The notes beneath the pieces are model-generated. The model did no database searches and had not been told where the DNA came from. It saw only the letters and a program-made list of their open reading frames with translations. From the NCBI GenBank assembly GCA_964016885.1, contig OZ024740.1, positions 10,044,001 to 10,108,000 of the forward strand: DNA of 64,000 nt. The letters are read 5' to 3'. The number at the start of each line of letters is the position of its first letter. The stretch's first letter is position 1. The translations under genes and the position numbers were made by a program. Origin of the DNA: Eledone cirrhosa (taxonomy: Eukaryota). Positions 1 through 11,256 of the stretch are shown in pieces.

Positions 1-1258
1 TCTTAACTACGATGTTTATATCATCTACGTAGCGGGAGTACATTATCAGGGTTAAGCTGTCTTCTAATTGTTCTTTAAGTTTAAGTTTAAGTCTACTGTC
101 CCACCATACCATGAATAAGTTAGCTATGTCGCCTGCAATGCTAACACCAATGGCTGCTCCTTCCTCTTGGGCATATGTTTTTCCATTAAATTTGAACATA
201 TGTTCCTTAAGGGTTAGTTTTATGCTGGCCCCTACCGCATGTGCAATCATTTTCTTCAGTTCATCGTGTTTTCGGATGTCCGTATGGCTCTGGTCCACCC
301 GTTCCATCTATCTGTGTGGGTTTTCTTGGCCATTGAGGTAATGGTAGGTGGTCTGCCTCTTGCTGGTCTTGTAGGGCACAGGTTGCTAAGGTCATATGTG
401 TCTAGGTAACTATTACTATAGGTAAGCTTAAGTAGAAGTCCCAGCTCACTGGTATCAATCCCACGGAACTCAACCTTGCTCTCACTGATCATTTCTACGC
501 ATTTCTCCACAGCAAAATCCACGTCAATAGATGGATACAGGGACACAACATCCATACTGCCTATTATGCAGTTTGTTAGGTCCCCAGATCGGTTACTCAC
601 GCCGATTCTGCTGAGGAGGTCCTCCGTGCTGTCACATACATCTGGGGACATTTCAATGATGGGCGTATGATCAGGGAGAGGAAGTAGGACAGTCTGTAGT
701 TACTAGCAATGTTAGCTCCACAGACTGGCCGTGTTGGTGGTCCCGCGACAGGGTCACAGCCCGTTTTATGGTCTTTTCGAAGCCCATACAACGCCGGCAC
801 GTCATTGTTCCAGGCCTGGAAGTTGTTGGCAGTCCTTTTGTTGGGCTGCATTATATTCGTCCACATCACCATATGGGCATTGAGGGCTTTTTCTCTATCC
901 TCATGCTCCTGTGGTGTTACCTCTCTTGTGTTAGTGATGTGGGGTTGCATTGCCTGGATGTAGTTTGGCAGGCTGTCAACCGACATTCTGCCAGACTTGT
1001 CTGTTGGAAAGCATGCTATCTCTCCATTATGTGAGCGCTGCATGAGCTTACGCAAGCCATTTGCAGATTTTTCTCCCAGTTGCTGGGCTTCCATTCTATT
1101 ATGCTTCTTGCTATACTGTTCTATAATATTTCTAAGTTCGGATCTAGCTATGCTAAATTGTGCTTCTGTTTGTTCATCGACCTGCGACGGCAATTGCGTG
1201 CGTTTGTTAAATGGTAAAGTCGTGGCGTGGACTCGTCGCAGGTCGAATGATTTATCGG
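1..1258 (-). mobile_element. Penelope-like element reverse transcriptase fragment (frameshifted, runs off the window)
   Basis: Minus-strand frames give PTDKSGR, PALYGLRKDHK..RPVCGA, SMDVVSLYPSI (motif A), QEEGAAIGVSIAGDIANLFM (motif B) and YSRYVDDINI (motif C, YVDD at 20-31). They are split over ORFs 597-1193, 256-651 and a third frame. Confidence 0.92.
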
Positions 1259-2386
1259 AGGGATTATAAAACGGACCTGCCCCTTGTATAGGAGCAAATT
1301 TTGGAATAGAATAGAAAGAACTAGGAACAAGGCTAATAGAATAAACTCATGGTATGATAGCAATAAATACCAGAGTGTAATGTTCATCGATACAACCCCT
1401 AGAGGTGAACTAGCCTACAAATTTAGAAGGGCCCTAAATAAACATAAACTCAATATTAAGATAGTAGAAAGACCAGGTACCTCCGTAAAAACACTTATTA
1501 GCAAGACATACCCTTTTCAAAGACCCTCATGTATAGATAAGAAATGTATAACCTGTAAAATAAGCCCCCATATTAACTGTAAAACTAAAAATGTAGTGTA
1601 TAGCATAAGATGTACTGAAGGACAATGTAGAAACAAAAATATAGTGAACATAGGTGAAACAGCTCGTAGTATAGGGGAACGGATAAATGAACACTGGCGA
1701 GACCTTCAAGATAGTAAAGAATCATCTGTACTCTACCAACATGCTAAGATAGAACACAAGGGTAAATTAGAGAACATAGAAATAAAAATAGAATCTACAC
1801 ACAGAAAAGATGCAATGTTTAGACAAATTACAGAGGTAATAAACATAAAAGAATTACAACCAAAATTAAATAGAAAATATGAGTGGAACAGCAACATCAC
1901 AACTTACAATTAAGGACAAAATGAAAACACACACACACATAGAACAAACAACCAACCAATAACATGTAAATAAATAAATAAATAAATAAACAAATAGATA
2001 AATGAACATAAACACACACAGACACCCGGATGTGGCGCATGCGCAAACTGAGCACACAACACACACACAGAAACAAAATGGCGTAGGACAGAACAAAGGA
2101 GAGGCACAGAAACAAAGAAAGGAATCCCCAGTCACCGAAGAGGTCACAGAGTGTGTGACGAAAGGACTATGACTATATATAAACAACTATCTGGTTGTGG
2201 AACCAACCAACCAACCAGAAATTTATAAATTTATAAATTTGTAAATTTATAAATATATAATAAATTGAAGTGAAAGCAACTGGTGCGTGTGTTTCTTATT
2301 GGCAACATGACCCTCCCAAAGTATAACAATATCGGTTTCAACACACGATTTCAGATAAAGAATCTTGCTAAACAAATTCAGAAACG

Positions 2387-2388
<2 letters not shown>
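1259..2388 (+). mobile_element. Penelope-like element 3' part: Cys-rich linker, GIY-YIG endonuclease (ORF 1284-1913) and 3' UTR/pLTR
   Basis: CIDKKCITC...CKTKNVVYSIRC...IGETARSIGERINEH...RQITE...PKLN. Clearly homologous to ORF 38488-39399. The UTR recurs at 48378-48917 and 49715-49845. Confidence 0.92.
2131..2173 (+). ncRNA. Minimal type I hammerhead ribozyme in PLE pLTR (U4>C core mutation)
   Basis: GTCA-CCGAAGA-G-GTCACA-gagtg-TGTGAC-GAAA-GGA-CTA-TGAC. The paralog at 48811 has the intact CTGAAGA core. Confidence 0.7.
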
Positions 2389-2430
<42 letters not shown>

Positions 2431-2438
<8 letters not shown>

Positions 2439-2642
2439 GTGAGGTTTTTTTTACAAAATGAAAAATACCCGAGGTGTCCTACACGAGTGAAAGTATAAAG
2501 AAAAAAGATGAAATCGAAAATGCAACTGGAGTCTTATTTTTTTTTTAAATATATATATTTATTTGGTTCCTTTACCGGTTTCGCAGTTCTTCTGCTTTTC
2601 AAAAGGTGAGTTGAGATGGAGGGTCTGTGGTTTTTCTCACAT
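2431..2642 (-). mobile_element. PLE pLTR-like repeat, family C, flanked by (TA)n
   Basis: Reverse complement of ~6075-6284 and partial match to 6847-7042. Carries a hammerhead. Confidence 0.75.
2569..2606 (-). ncRNA. Minimal type I hammerhead ribozyme, U3-A8 covariant core
   Basis: CCTT-TTGAAAA-GCAG-aagaa-CTGC-GAAA-CCG-GTA-AAGG. Stems I and II pair perfectly and stem III is palindromic (ACCGGT). Confidence 0.85.
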
Positions 2643-3068
2643 ATATATATATACATGTATATATATAAATATATATATATATAGTTTTAATATAGATGAG
2701 ATTCTACAGGAGTAGAACTGTTTCATTCTTTAGAAATCATCAGGAATCTGGGTTTCCAAAATACATGTTGTGGTATTTATATCTTTTCAGGTGGTAGGAG
2801 AGGGTGGGTAGTGGGATGGGTGGAGGTCATTGGTTGAAAAAAAGGGAATTCATTAAAAGCTAATTCTTTAAGGCTATAATTCATATTTAGAGTGACAATA
2901 TGTATATATGTGTATATATATATATATATTTATTTTGTTTTTATCATTTATTTTGTTTGACCTGTTTAGCTTGATTTGTTTTTTTGGCTTAGGTGTTTAA
3001 TGCCTTCTTGACCACTTTTTCAGTTTGTATGGCGTTTTAACATATGGTTTAGCTCTAGTTTTCTTAAC

Positions 3069-4243
3069 ATCTCTCCTCGCTGACCTCGATACTTGTATCC
3101 GAGCATCAGCCGAGGGGATATACAACGTCAAGTTTGACGACATAGGGTGGCAACAGGCCACTTTACCGGTCAGGTATGACGGCCTAGGCCTCCGGTCCCC
3201 GATCTCACTAGCTTTGCCGGCGTATCTTTCGTCGGTAACCTCGTGCCGCGTCCTCGTCAGCAGGGTTCTTCAAAACACAACAAAACCCTCTGTGTTCAGA
3301 GAACGTGAGGCCGCCTGTGAGACGTGGGACCGGCTGGGACTTAGCCCAGTAGACGTCCCTCCTCCTTCTCCCCCTGTTGACGTCAAGTCCCCCCCCCAAC
3401 GCACTTGGGATGTCATCCAGTGCAGCCTGGCCTCAGACAGGCTCACGCGCCAGCTCGACCAGCACCGCCTTGCTTGTTTTCGTGCGGCCTCCAAACCCCA
3501 CAGTGGTGCCTGGTTCCATGCTCTGCCCTCCTTCTCCACTGGCACGCAGCTAGACAACCATAGCTTGCGAATCGGAGTTTGCCTGAGGCTCGGCCTCCGG
3601 ATCTGCCAGCTATACCAATGTCGCTGCCGTTCCACCGTGGACTCTTTCGGCCTCCACCCGCTTTCCTGTCGCCACAGTGCCGGCGGCATTCCACGCCATA
3701 CTGCCCTCAACGAGGTCATTAAGCATGGCTTGGACGCTGCAGGCTCCCCTTCCCAGCTCGAGCCAGTGGGGCTGGATCGACGGGACAGCAAAAGGCCAGA
3801 TGGCATGACTATCTTCCCGTTCCGCAGTGGCAAACCCCTCGTCTGGGATGCCACTTGCACCGACACTTTCTGCAGCCGCAACCTGGTGCAGTCTGAGACT
3901 GACCCAGGTTCTGCTGCACGTCGGGCTGAGGAGGCCAAACTCCTCAAATACCGGTGGCTCTCCGACAGGTTTGCGGTGGTTCCCTTGGCAGTGGAAACTT
4001 CTGGTGTCCTCGGCCCCAGGGCTACCTCCTTACTCACCACCATAGGCGCTGAGCTGGCCAGCCGCAGGTGTGAGCCCCGCGAGTTGGAGTGGCTTTTCCA
4101 GCGCGTCTCTCTTGCCGTCCTCCGGGGAAACGCCTTCTCCATTCTATCCGCCGGGGCTGTGGGTGAGCCCCATCGTGTACCAATACATTAGTTAAATACC
4201 ATTCTTTCATCTGATACAACACAATAAAGTTGGTACATAATGA
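3069..4243 (+). mobile_element. 5'-truncated CRE-like non-LTR retrotransposon (RT thumb, CCHC knuckle, restriction-like endonuclease)
   Basis: ORF 3025-4191 contains QATLPVRYDGLGLR, CRC..VDSFGLHPLSC..RH, RPDGMTI.PF..GKPLVWDATCTDT, PLAVETSG.LG and FQRVSLAVLRGNA. It is GC-rich relative to flanks. Candidate 10-bp TSD TTTTCTTAAC at 3059-3068 and 4244-4253. Confidence 0.88.
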
Positions 4244-4292
4244 TTTTCTTAACTATTGGAGCGCTTGCCAGCATGTCTACGATTCTCGCTGA

Positions 4293-4344
<52 letters not shown>

Positions 4345-4349
<5 letters not shown>

Positions 4350-5930
4350 GGAGGTGAGTTTTATTGTAGTACAATAAAGCAATGCAGATATCGGATAAGA
4401 AGCACTCTACAGTTTGTGGGACTGGAGTATACATAATATAAGATCAAAAGATGGTTAAAGGAGTTCCATGTATTTTATTATGCGCATTTCAAAAACAAAC
4501 ATCATCAAACAATAATATTTGTGTTTTCATCAGATAAAACAGGAGAACATGATATGAAGGCTAAAAAACACTTGTTGATAATGCAGTTTTAAATCAACAT
4601 ATGAAAAGTGGTTTTAGATTGATGTGTGATATTGGGAAAAATATTTTATTTAGAGAGGGGGGGGGAAAGGATGAAAAGGGAAGGAGATGAGAGGGAGAGA
4701 TGGGTGATAGAGAGAAAGAGATAGTTTTTATAACTGAGAGGAGATATATTTTATATAGAGGGGTTGAAAACCGTTGGAAGATACTGTATAAATTAAAAAT
4801 TTTGAAAATTAACGAAGGGAGGATATGTGCGAGGAAAAAATATTTTATTTAGGGAGGGGGGGTGGAAAGGATGAAAAAAAGGGGGAGGAGATGAGAGTGA
4901 AGGTGGAAAGGGAGAGATGGGTGATAGAGAGAAAGAGATAGTTTTTATAACTGAGAAAAAGATATATTGTTTTAATATAGAGAGGTTGGGAACCGTTGGA
5001 AGATAATGTATAAATTAAAGGAATTTGAAAATTAACGAAGGGAAATTATGTATGAAGATAGAGAGAAAAAAATAATAATTGTGGGTGAATATTCTAACGT
5101 CAAAAGAAGAAATGTATGTATTGTGGCAATTTCAAAATTAGTGAAGAGAAAAATGTTAAGGTTTATGTGTAGAAGGATTTGAGAAAAATAATGTGAAGTT
5201 AAAGTTTGTATATTGAATTCATATGTATTAATAATGAGTTCGTTGATGGGGAGAAAAAAAAAATAATAATAATAATAAATTAAGGATGAAATTGAGATTA
5301 AAAAGATTTATGATAGAGAGAAAAAATAATAATGATTGCGGATGAATATTCAAAATGTCAAAAACAAATGTTATTGTTTTACGAGAAGATAGAATGAGGG
5401 TAATGAGTAAACGAGTATTATAGAGTGTATAATGCCCTTTAAAGTAAGGTAGATGGGTATATTTTAAAGAGGTGTATGTATATGTGCCTTTGAGAAAAGA
5501 TTCTAAATTGATAAAGAATTGAATATTAACTGTATACTTTGTGAAAAGTTCTATGGAATTTATGCAGGCAGATAGAAAACAAATCTGAGCGTCTATTTAT
5601 TATGGATTCTAGGTTAGAGATAATGGTAAATTTTTCATTTAGGCAGAGATTACAGATTTTAGATAGAGAGCTGTTCAAGTATGAGGATGCAGAAGAAATC
5701 TTTTTCCAAAAGATGTTATATTTAATGTTTTTGTCTTTTAAGGACCATATGAGTTCTGAGAGAGCAGTGTTAGTTCTTTTAAGTTTGTATTTGAAAGATG
5801 AATGATGATTATAGAGACGAGCTTTAAAAGAGGTGGAAGTGGAGCCAAAATAGGTGAAGGAATTGGTGCTAGTTATAATTTTACATTCATAAATTAAGTT
5901 TTTATTAAGTTTTGATAAAAACTTAATTTA
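4345..5930 (-). mobile_element. Decayed PLE: GIY-YIG remnant (~5560-5910) plus long 3' UTR/pLTR (family B)
   Basis: Minus-strand translation reads NKNLIYECKII...FTYFGSTSTSFKARLYNHHSSFKY...TALSELIWSLKDK...ICNLCLNEK. 4345-4790 recurs inverted at 8160-8648. Treating the whole span as one element is inference. Confidence 0.7.
4473..4539 (-). ncRNA. Type I hammerhead ribozyme (family B)
   Basis: TTTTAT-CTGATGA-long imperfect stem II-GAAA-TGCGC-ATA-ATAAAA, with palindromic stem III ATGCGCAT. Confidence 0.8.
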
Positions 5931-5948
5931 TGACAGCCGTCGGGGTCC

Positions 5949-5979
<31 letters not shown>

Positions 5980-6284
5980 CTTATTGACCAACCAATCAAA
6001 TTACTTCTCTAAAAACCTGGCGTTTCGAGCCACTTTTTTCCATATAAAACAAGTAACATTCAGAGACCAACCACATGTGAGAAAAACCACAGACCCTCCA
6101 TCACAACTCTACTTTTGAAAAGCAGAAGAACTGCGAAACCGGTAAAGGAACCAAATAAATATATATATTTTTTTTAAATAAGACTCCAGTTGCATTTTCG
6201 ATTTCATCTTTTTTTCTTTATACTTTCACTCGTGTAGGACACCTCGGGTATTTTTCATTTTGTAAAAAAAACCTCACTTTCTAA
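5980..6284 (+). mobile_element. PLE pLTR-like repeat, family C
   Basis: Inverted copy of 2431-2642, bounded by (TA)n on both sides. Confidence 0.75.
6111..6148 (+). ncRNA. Minimal hammerhead ribozyme, U3-A8 covariant (second copy)
   Basis: aCTT-TTGAAAA-GCAG-aagaa-CTGC-GAAA-CCG-GTA-AAGG. Confidence 0.82.
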
Positions 6285-6297
6285 TATATATATATAT

Positions 6298-6476
6298 AAT
6301 GAAGGAAATGTGGTAAGGGACCAGGTGAACCATAACGCACCAAAGTACTCAATACTTAGGGTAGTATAGTGGGTAATAGGAACGAGTAGGACCCCGACGG
6401 CTGAGCTCAAGCCGTTTCGACGTCCAGAATTAGCCGTCGAAACGGCTTGAGCTCAGCCGTCGGGGTCCTACTCGTT

Positions 6477-6480
<4 letters not shown>
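6298..6480. mobile_element. Dispersed repeat family A with terminal fold-back, in (TA)n
   Basis: About 46-bp perfect inverted repeat (TAGGAACGAGTAGGACCCCGACGG...). Further copies at 33174-33336, 34115-34224, 47910-47985, 55232-55424 and 57836-57885, with a stub at 5932-5950. Confidence 0.8.
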
Positions 6481-6561
<81 letters not shown>

Positions 6562-6566
<5 letters not shown>

Positions 6567-6799
6567 ATATATTAATAAATGGAAACTATATTTATAAAAC
6601 CATATTTATTTTATTATACATATTTCAAGGGCAACCAAGGCAAATTATGGTGCGCTTTCATCAGATAAAATACAGATTTGTTTTATAAATAAACATTGAC
6701 ATACCCGGAAAAAGACAACCTTAACGGTTGGAGCTTCCTGCTTTATATCGGTTATAATATTTTTTAAGCTTGTTGAATCCCAATAAATTAAATATAACC

Positions 6800-6803
<4 letters not shown>
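6562..6803 (-). mobile_element. PLE pLTR-like repeat, family D
   Basis: Copies at 33391-33745, 37150-37320 and 54465-54630. (TA)n flanks. Carries a hammerhead. Confidence 0.78.
6608..6671 (-). ncRNA. Type I hammerhead ribozyme (family D)
   Basis: ATTTTAT-CTGATGA-AAGCGCACCA..TGGTTGCCCTT-GAAA-TATGT-ATA-ATAAAAT, with a 7-bp stem I. Confidence 0.78.
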
Positions 6804-6846
<43 letters not shown>

Positions 6847-6851
<5 letters not shown>

Positions 6852-7041
6852 AAGAAAAAGGGATGAAATCGAAAATGCAACTGAAGTCTTATTTTTTTTT
6901 AAATATATATATTAAGGAACCAAATAAATATATATATTTTTTAAAAAAATAAGACTTCAGTTGCATTTTCGATTTCATCCCTTTTTCTTTATACTTCCAC
7001 TCGGTTATTTTTCATTTTGTAAAAAAAACCTCACTTTCTAA

Positions 7042-7042
<1 letters not shown>
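6847..7042. mobile_element. Family C fold-back insertion
   Basis: An inverted arm (6847-6913) is joined to a direct arm starting AAGGAACC at 6914. Confidence 0.75.
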
Positions 7043-7076
<34 letters not shown>

Positions 7077-7143
7077 AAGGTTTAGTAAATAATGAAAAAG
7101 TTTCAAAATAAATTTTAAAAAATTGACTTTACCTACTATAGTT

Positions 7144-7227
7144 ACCTTTACCGATCGGTTTCGAATCCCAAAAATAAAACGGAGACCATACGGCCTTCGT
7201 TGCAAAGAGAGATTCTCGTCAGAAGGT
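7144..7227 (-). ncRNA. Type I hammerhead ribozyme with large stem II loop
   Basis: ACCTT-CTGACGA-GAATC-(~43 nt)-GATTC-GAAA-CCGATCG-GTA-AAGGT, with palindromic stem III ACCGATCGGT. Confidence 0.88.
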
Positions 7228-7626
7228 TCTTTTCATTCAAAGAATATAAAATTCCTGAATTTAAATCACAAACTAGCGCTATCAAAAACTGTTCCTGGGA
7301 TGAGAGTGGATGATGTAGAACAGGATTATCAAGGGCCGTAGCAAAGATAGAGGCAAAAGGAGGTAGGTCAAACTAGCCACCGCTGTTGCCAGCAGCAGTC
7401 GGAATGACCCGGTTTGTTCTCAACGTTAGTGGAGGTAGTAGTAATATGAAATACGTCCCTTCACGCACAAGGCGCCAAGGTACGCATGTATTGTCCAACC
7501 AAGTGCCAATGTGGTTCAATGGCGGGTTAATAAATTAACGAGCCAGAACAAATATAAACAAGGTTTAGTAAATAATGAAAAAGTTTCAAAATAAATTTTA
7601 AAAAATTGACTTTACCTACTATAGTT

Positions 7627-7710
7627 ACCTTTACCGATCGGTTTCGAATCCCAAAAATAAAACGGAGACCATACGGCCTTCGTTGCAAAGAGAGATTCTC
7701 GTCAGAAGGT
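7627..7710 (-). ncRNA. Type I hammerhead ribozyme, tandem copy
   Basis: Same sequence as 7144-7227, offset by 483 bp. Confidence 0.88.
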
Positions 7711-8008
7711 TCTTTTCATTCAAAGAATATAAAATTCCTGAATTTAAATCACAAACTAGCGCTATCAAAAACTTTGCAACAAAGGCCGTATGGTCTCCGT
7801 TTTATTTTTGGGATTCGAAACCGATCGGTAAAGGTAACTATAGTAGGTAAAGTCAATTTTTTAAAATTTATTTTGAAACTTTTTCATTATTTACTAAACC
7901 TTGTTTATATTTGTTCTGGCTCGTTAATTTATTAACCCGCCATTGAACCACATTGGCACTTGGTTGGACAATACATGCGTACCTTAGCGCCTTGTGCGTG
8001 AAGGGACG

Positions 8009-8057
<49 letters not shown>

Positions 8058-8084
8058 TATACATATATATATACATATATATAC

Positions 8085-8131
<47 letters not shown>

Positions 8132-8159
8132 CATATATACATATATATATATATACGTA

Positions 8160-8646
8160 TATCCAACGGTTTTCAACCTCTCTATGTAAAACAATATATC
8201 TTTCTCAGTTATAAAAACTATCTCTCTCTCTCTCTATCACCCATCTCTCCTCCTATCTCATCCTTCCTCACTATACTCCTCCCTCTCCACCTTCACTCTC
8301 ATCTCCTCCTCTTTTTTTCATCCTTTCCCCCCCCCCTCTAAATAAAATATTTTTCCCAATATCACACATCAATCTAAAACTACTTCTCATATGTTGATTT
8401 AAAACTGAACTATCCACAAGTGTTTTTTAGCCTTCATATCATGTCCTCCTGTTTTATCTGATGAACACACAAATATTATTGCATGATGATATTTGTTTTT
8501 GAAATGCGCATAATAAAATACATGGAACTCCTTTAACCATCTTTTGTTCTTATATATTATGTATACTCCAGTCCCACAAACTGTAGAGTGCTTCTTATCC
8601 GATATCTGCATTGCTTTATTGTACTACAATAAAACTCACCTCCTAC

Positions 8647-8648
<2 letters not shown>
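8160..8648 (+). mobile_element. PLE pLTR-like repeat, family B
   Basis: Inverted copy of 4345-4790, ending CTCACCTCCTACA before (TA)n. Confidence 0.78.
8452..8518 (+). ncRNA. Type I hammerhead ribozyme (family B)
   Basis: TTTTAT-CTGATGA-acacacaaatattatt..gatgatatttgttttt-GAAA-TGCGC-ATA-ATAAAA. Confidence 0.78.
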
Positions 8649-8695
<47 letters not shown>

Positions 8696-9099
8696 AGAAA
8701 CACATTAAACCGAGTGTCTAAAATTACAAGGGTTGAAAAACCACATTTGTTTGAAATATTTAACCAAGAAGCAGACAGAATGATAAAATATACAAACTGC
8801 CTCAATAACCATTATCTGTGCTCCTGAGGAAAAGGGTGGCACACTTTTTTCGGGGGTGTGTGCGACCCCCCAAGGCGCCTCCTCTCTATTGAGGATTTTG
8901 TTATATATTTTATTCTGTTATATTTTATTTTATTTTTATATTTTGTTATTGCCTCCTCCTTATTGAGGACGCCTTGTTTTGTAAACTCCCCCCCATTGTA
9001 CTTGTCCCACTTTTGATGCCCTGGTGGCAAATAAAAGAAACATATCTGTTTGTGTTTGTGTGCATACAAATACATTGGAACGTATATACGCCCCTCCCC

Positions 9100-9214
9100 G
9101 CTACTACCACTACCACTACTACCACTACTACTACTACCACTACCACCACTACCACTACTACCACTACTACTACTACTACCACTACTACTACTACCACTAC
9201 TACTACTACCAGTA

Positions 9215-9251
<37 letters not shown>

Positions 9252-9442
9252 CACTACCACTATTACTACCACTACCACTAACACTACTACTACTACCACT
9301 ACCACTACCACTACTACTACTACTACCACTACCACTATTACTACCACTACCACTAACACTACTACTACTACTACCACTACTACTACTACTACTACCACCA
9401 CCACCACCACCACTACTACTACTACCACCACCACCACCACTC

Positions 9443-9488
<46 letters not shown>

Positions 9489-9763
9489 CACCACCACTAC
9501 TACTACTACTACCACCACCACCACTACTACCACCACCACCACTACCACCACCACCACCACCACTACCACCACCACCACCACCACTACCACCACCACCACC
9601 ACCACCACCAACACCACTACCACCACCACTACTACTACTACTACCACTACTACTACCACCACCGCCACCACCACCACCACCACCACCACTACCACCACCA
9701 CCACTACTACTACTACTACTACCACTACTAATACTGCTACTACTACTACCACCATCACCACCA
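9100..9763. repeat. (TAC/CAC)n compound trinucleotide repeat
   Basis: Read directly from the sequence. Confidence 0.97.
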
Positions 9764-10252
9764 GGTTGTATTTCTAATCGATGATGTGTGACTGGGGAGA
9801 CCCAGCAGGAATAACTTATCAAGGAGAGATCAGTAAAGTATTCATTAGCAGACGACACATTCTTTCCTAATGATTTCACATCAGTTATCTCTCTTACTCT
9901 CTCGCTATCTCTTACTCCCCCTTCCCTCATTTACTCTCACTCTCTCTCCTCTCACACTCTCTCCTCCCACACTCTCTTCCTCTCCACCCTTTCTCTCTTC
10001 CCTCATCTCTCTCCCACTCTTACTATCTTTCTCTCTTCCCTTCTCTTACACACATACACACACATACACACACATACACACTCACACACACACATTAACA
10101 CTCAAACACACACACACACACACTCACACATACACACACATACACATACACACACACACTCACACACGTCACCTCAACTTTACTGATTGACTTCAAATGG
10201 ATCACTAGCGAATAATACTTCTATCTCTGTACATATATACATACATATATAC

Positions 10253-10698
10253 ATGGTGTCTGCCAACTCGTTTTCGAGTACGGCCACTACTTTATATCCA
10301 TGTAGGAGAAGCCCTACCGATACGCTGAGCGAGTGTGACTTTTTAGTCCAGCCAGCGACTTGAAAACTCTGGTACAAACACTACACTTGTGACAATTATT
10401 GCACATACTGCTGGGCCCATGGTACCATGTGATGACAAATGCAGAGAGATCTCCAGATATAAAGCAATGCCTGTGCCGTGAAGCTTTTATAGTGAGCAAA
10501 GGCACTGCACAAAGCCAGTCCCACTCTCTTAACCAAGATGATATTTACCAAAAAGAAGAACAAGTCAACATCATTGGATACCATCAGGGTTGCAGGTGTT
10601 ATATCAGAGTTTTCCTTCTCCTAGAATTCTGCCTTGTCAAAGGCTAAGGGGTCATCTCTCCCAGTGATTTTTGATGGCCATTGACTCTTAAGAGCCCC
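10253..10698 (-). mobile_element. Non-autonomous RTE-derived retroposon, 5'-truncated
   Basis: Near-identical to ~13365-13808 and 31766-32210, flanked by (CATA)n. Confidence 0.8.
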
Positions 10699-10897
10699 TT
10701 CATACATACATAGATACATACATACACACATGTTTTGGTTGCCGACTCTGTGCAAGATATTTTAGATCATTGGCTGGGCTAAAAAGCCACATTCGATCGC
10801 AGCGCTGTTAATTGCTATCGTGTGTGTGTATAGATATGTTTGTGTGTGTGCGTGTGTGTGTATATATATATGTATATTATTATTGTTGTTGTTGTTG

Positions 10898-11228
10898 AAT
10901 ATGTTGCATAAGGAACTCAAGGATGTGAAATCACGTGTTAGGCGGAGTCTTTCTCAGATGAAGGATCAGTGGTGGAGTGAGAAGGCTGATGAGATACAAA
11001 CTGCGTCTGATTCCAATAACACAAAGCTGTTGTACAGTCTCTTGCGTGAGGTTTATGGACCGTCTTCTTCTCTGGTGACACCGCTTCGCAGCAAGGATGG
11101 CAAAGAACTTCTTCGTGACTCACAAGGAATTCTACGCAGGTGGCGAGAGCACTTTGATGATCTTTTGAATCAGCCGTCTGTCGTCAATGAAGATTTGCTC
11201 AATTTCATTCCAGAAAGTCCTGTGAAAG
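10898..11228 (+). mobile_element. RTE-clade LINE fragment (endonuclease-RT linker)
   Basis: WWSEKADEIQ..SDSNNTK.LYSLLREVYGP...PLRSKDG..LL.D...IL.RWREHFDDLLN, typical of RTE ORFs. Confidence 0.82.
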
Positions 11229-11256
11229 TAGCTCTATATACATACACATACATACA

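Larger units (their letters stand above)
7071..8018 (-). mobile_element. Tandem (483-bp period) plus inverted hammerhead-bearing repeat; PLE pLTR / retrozyme-like
   Basis: 7071-7292 is repeated at 7554-7772. 7773-8018 is an inverted copy of ~7444-7690. (TA)n lies on both sides. Confidence 0.85.

Noticed and set aside
6405-6460. Hammerhead in family A (GTCGAAAC)
   Set aside because: No CTGANGA half is present in any copy here, and the apparent stem arises from the fold-back itself.
8812-9930. Gly/Ser-rich, poly-Thr, poly-Val and poly-Pro ORFs
   Set aside because: These are translations of a trinucleotide repeat.
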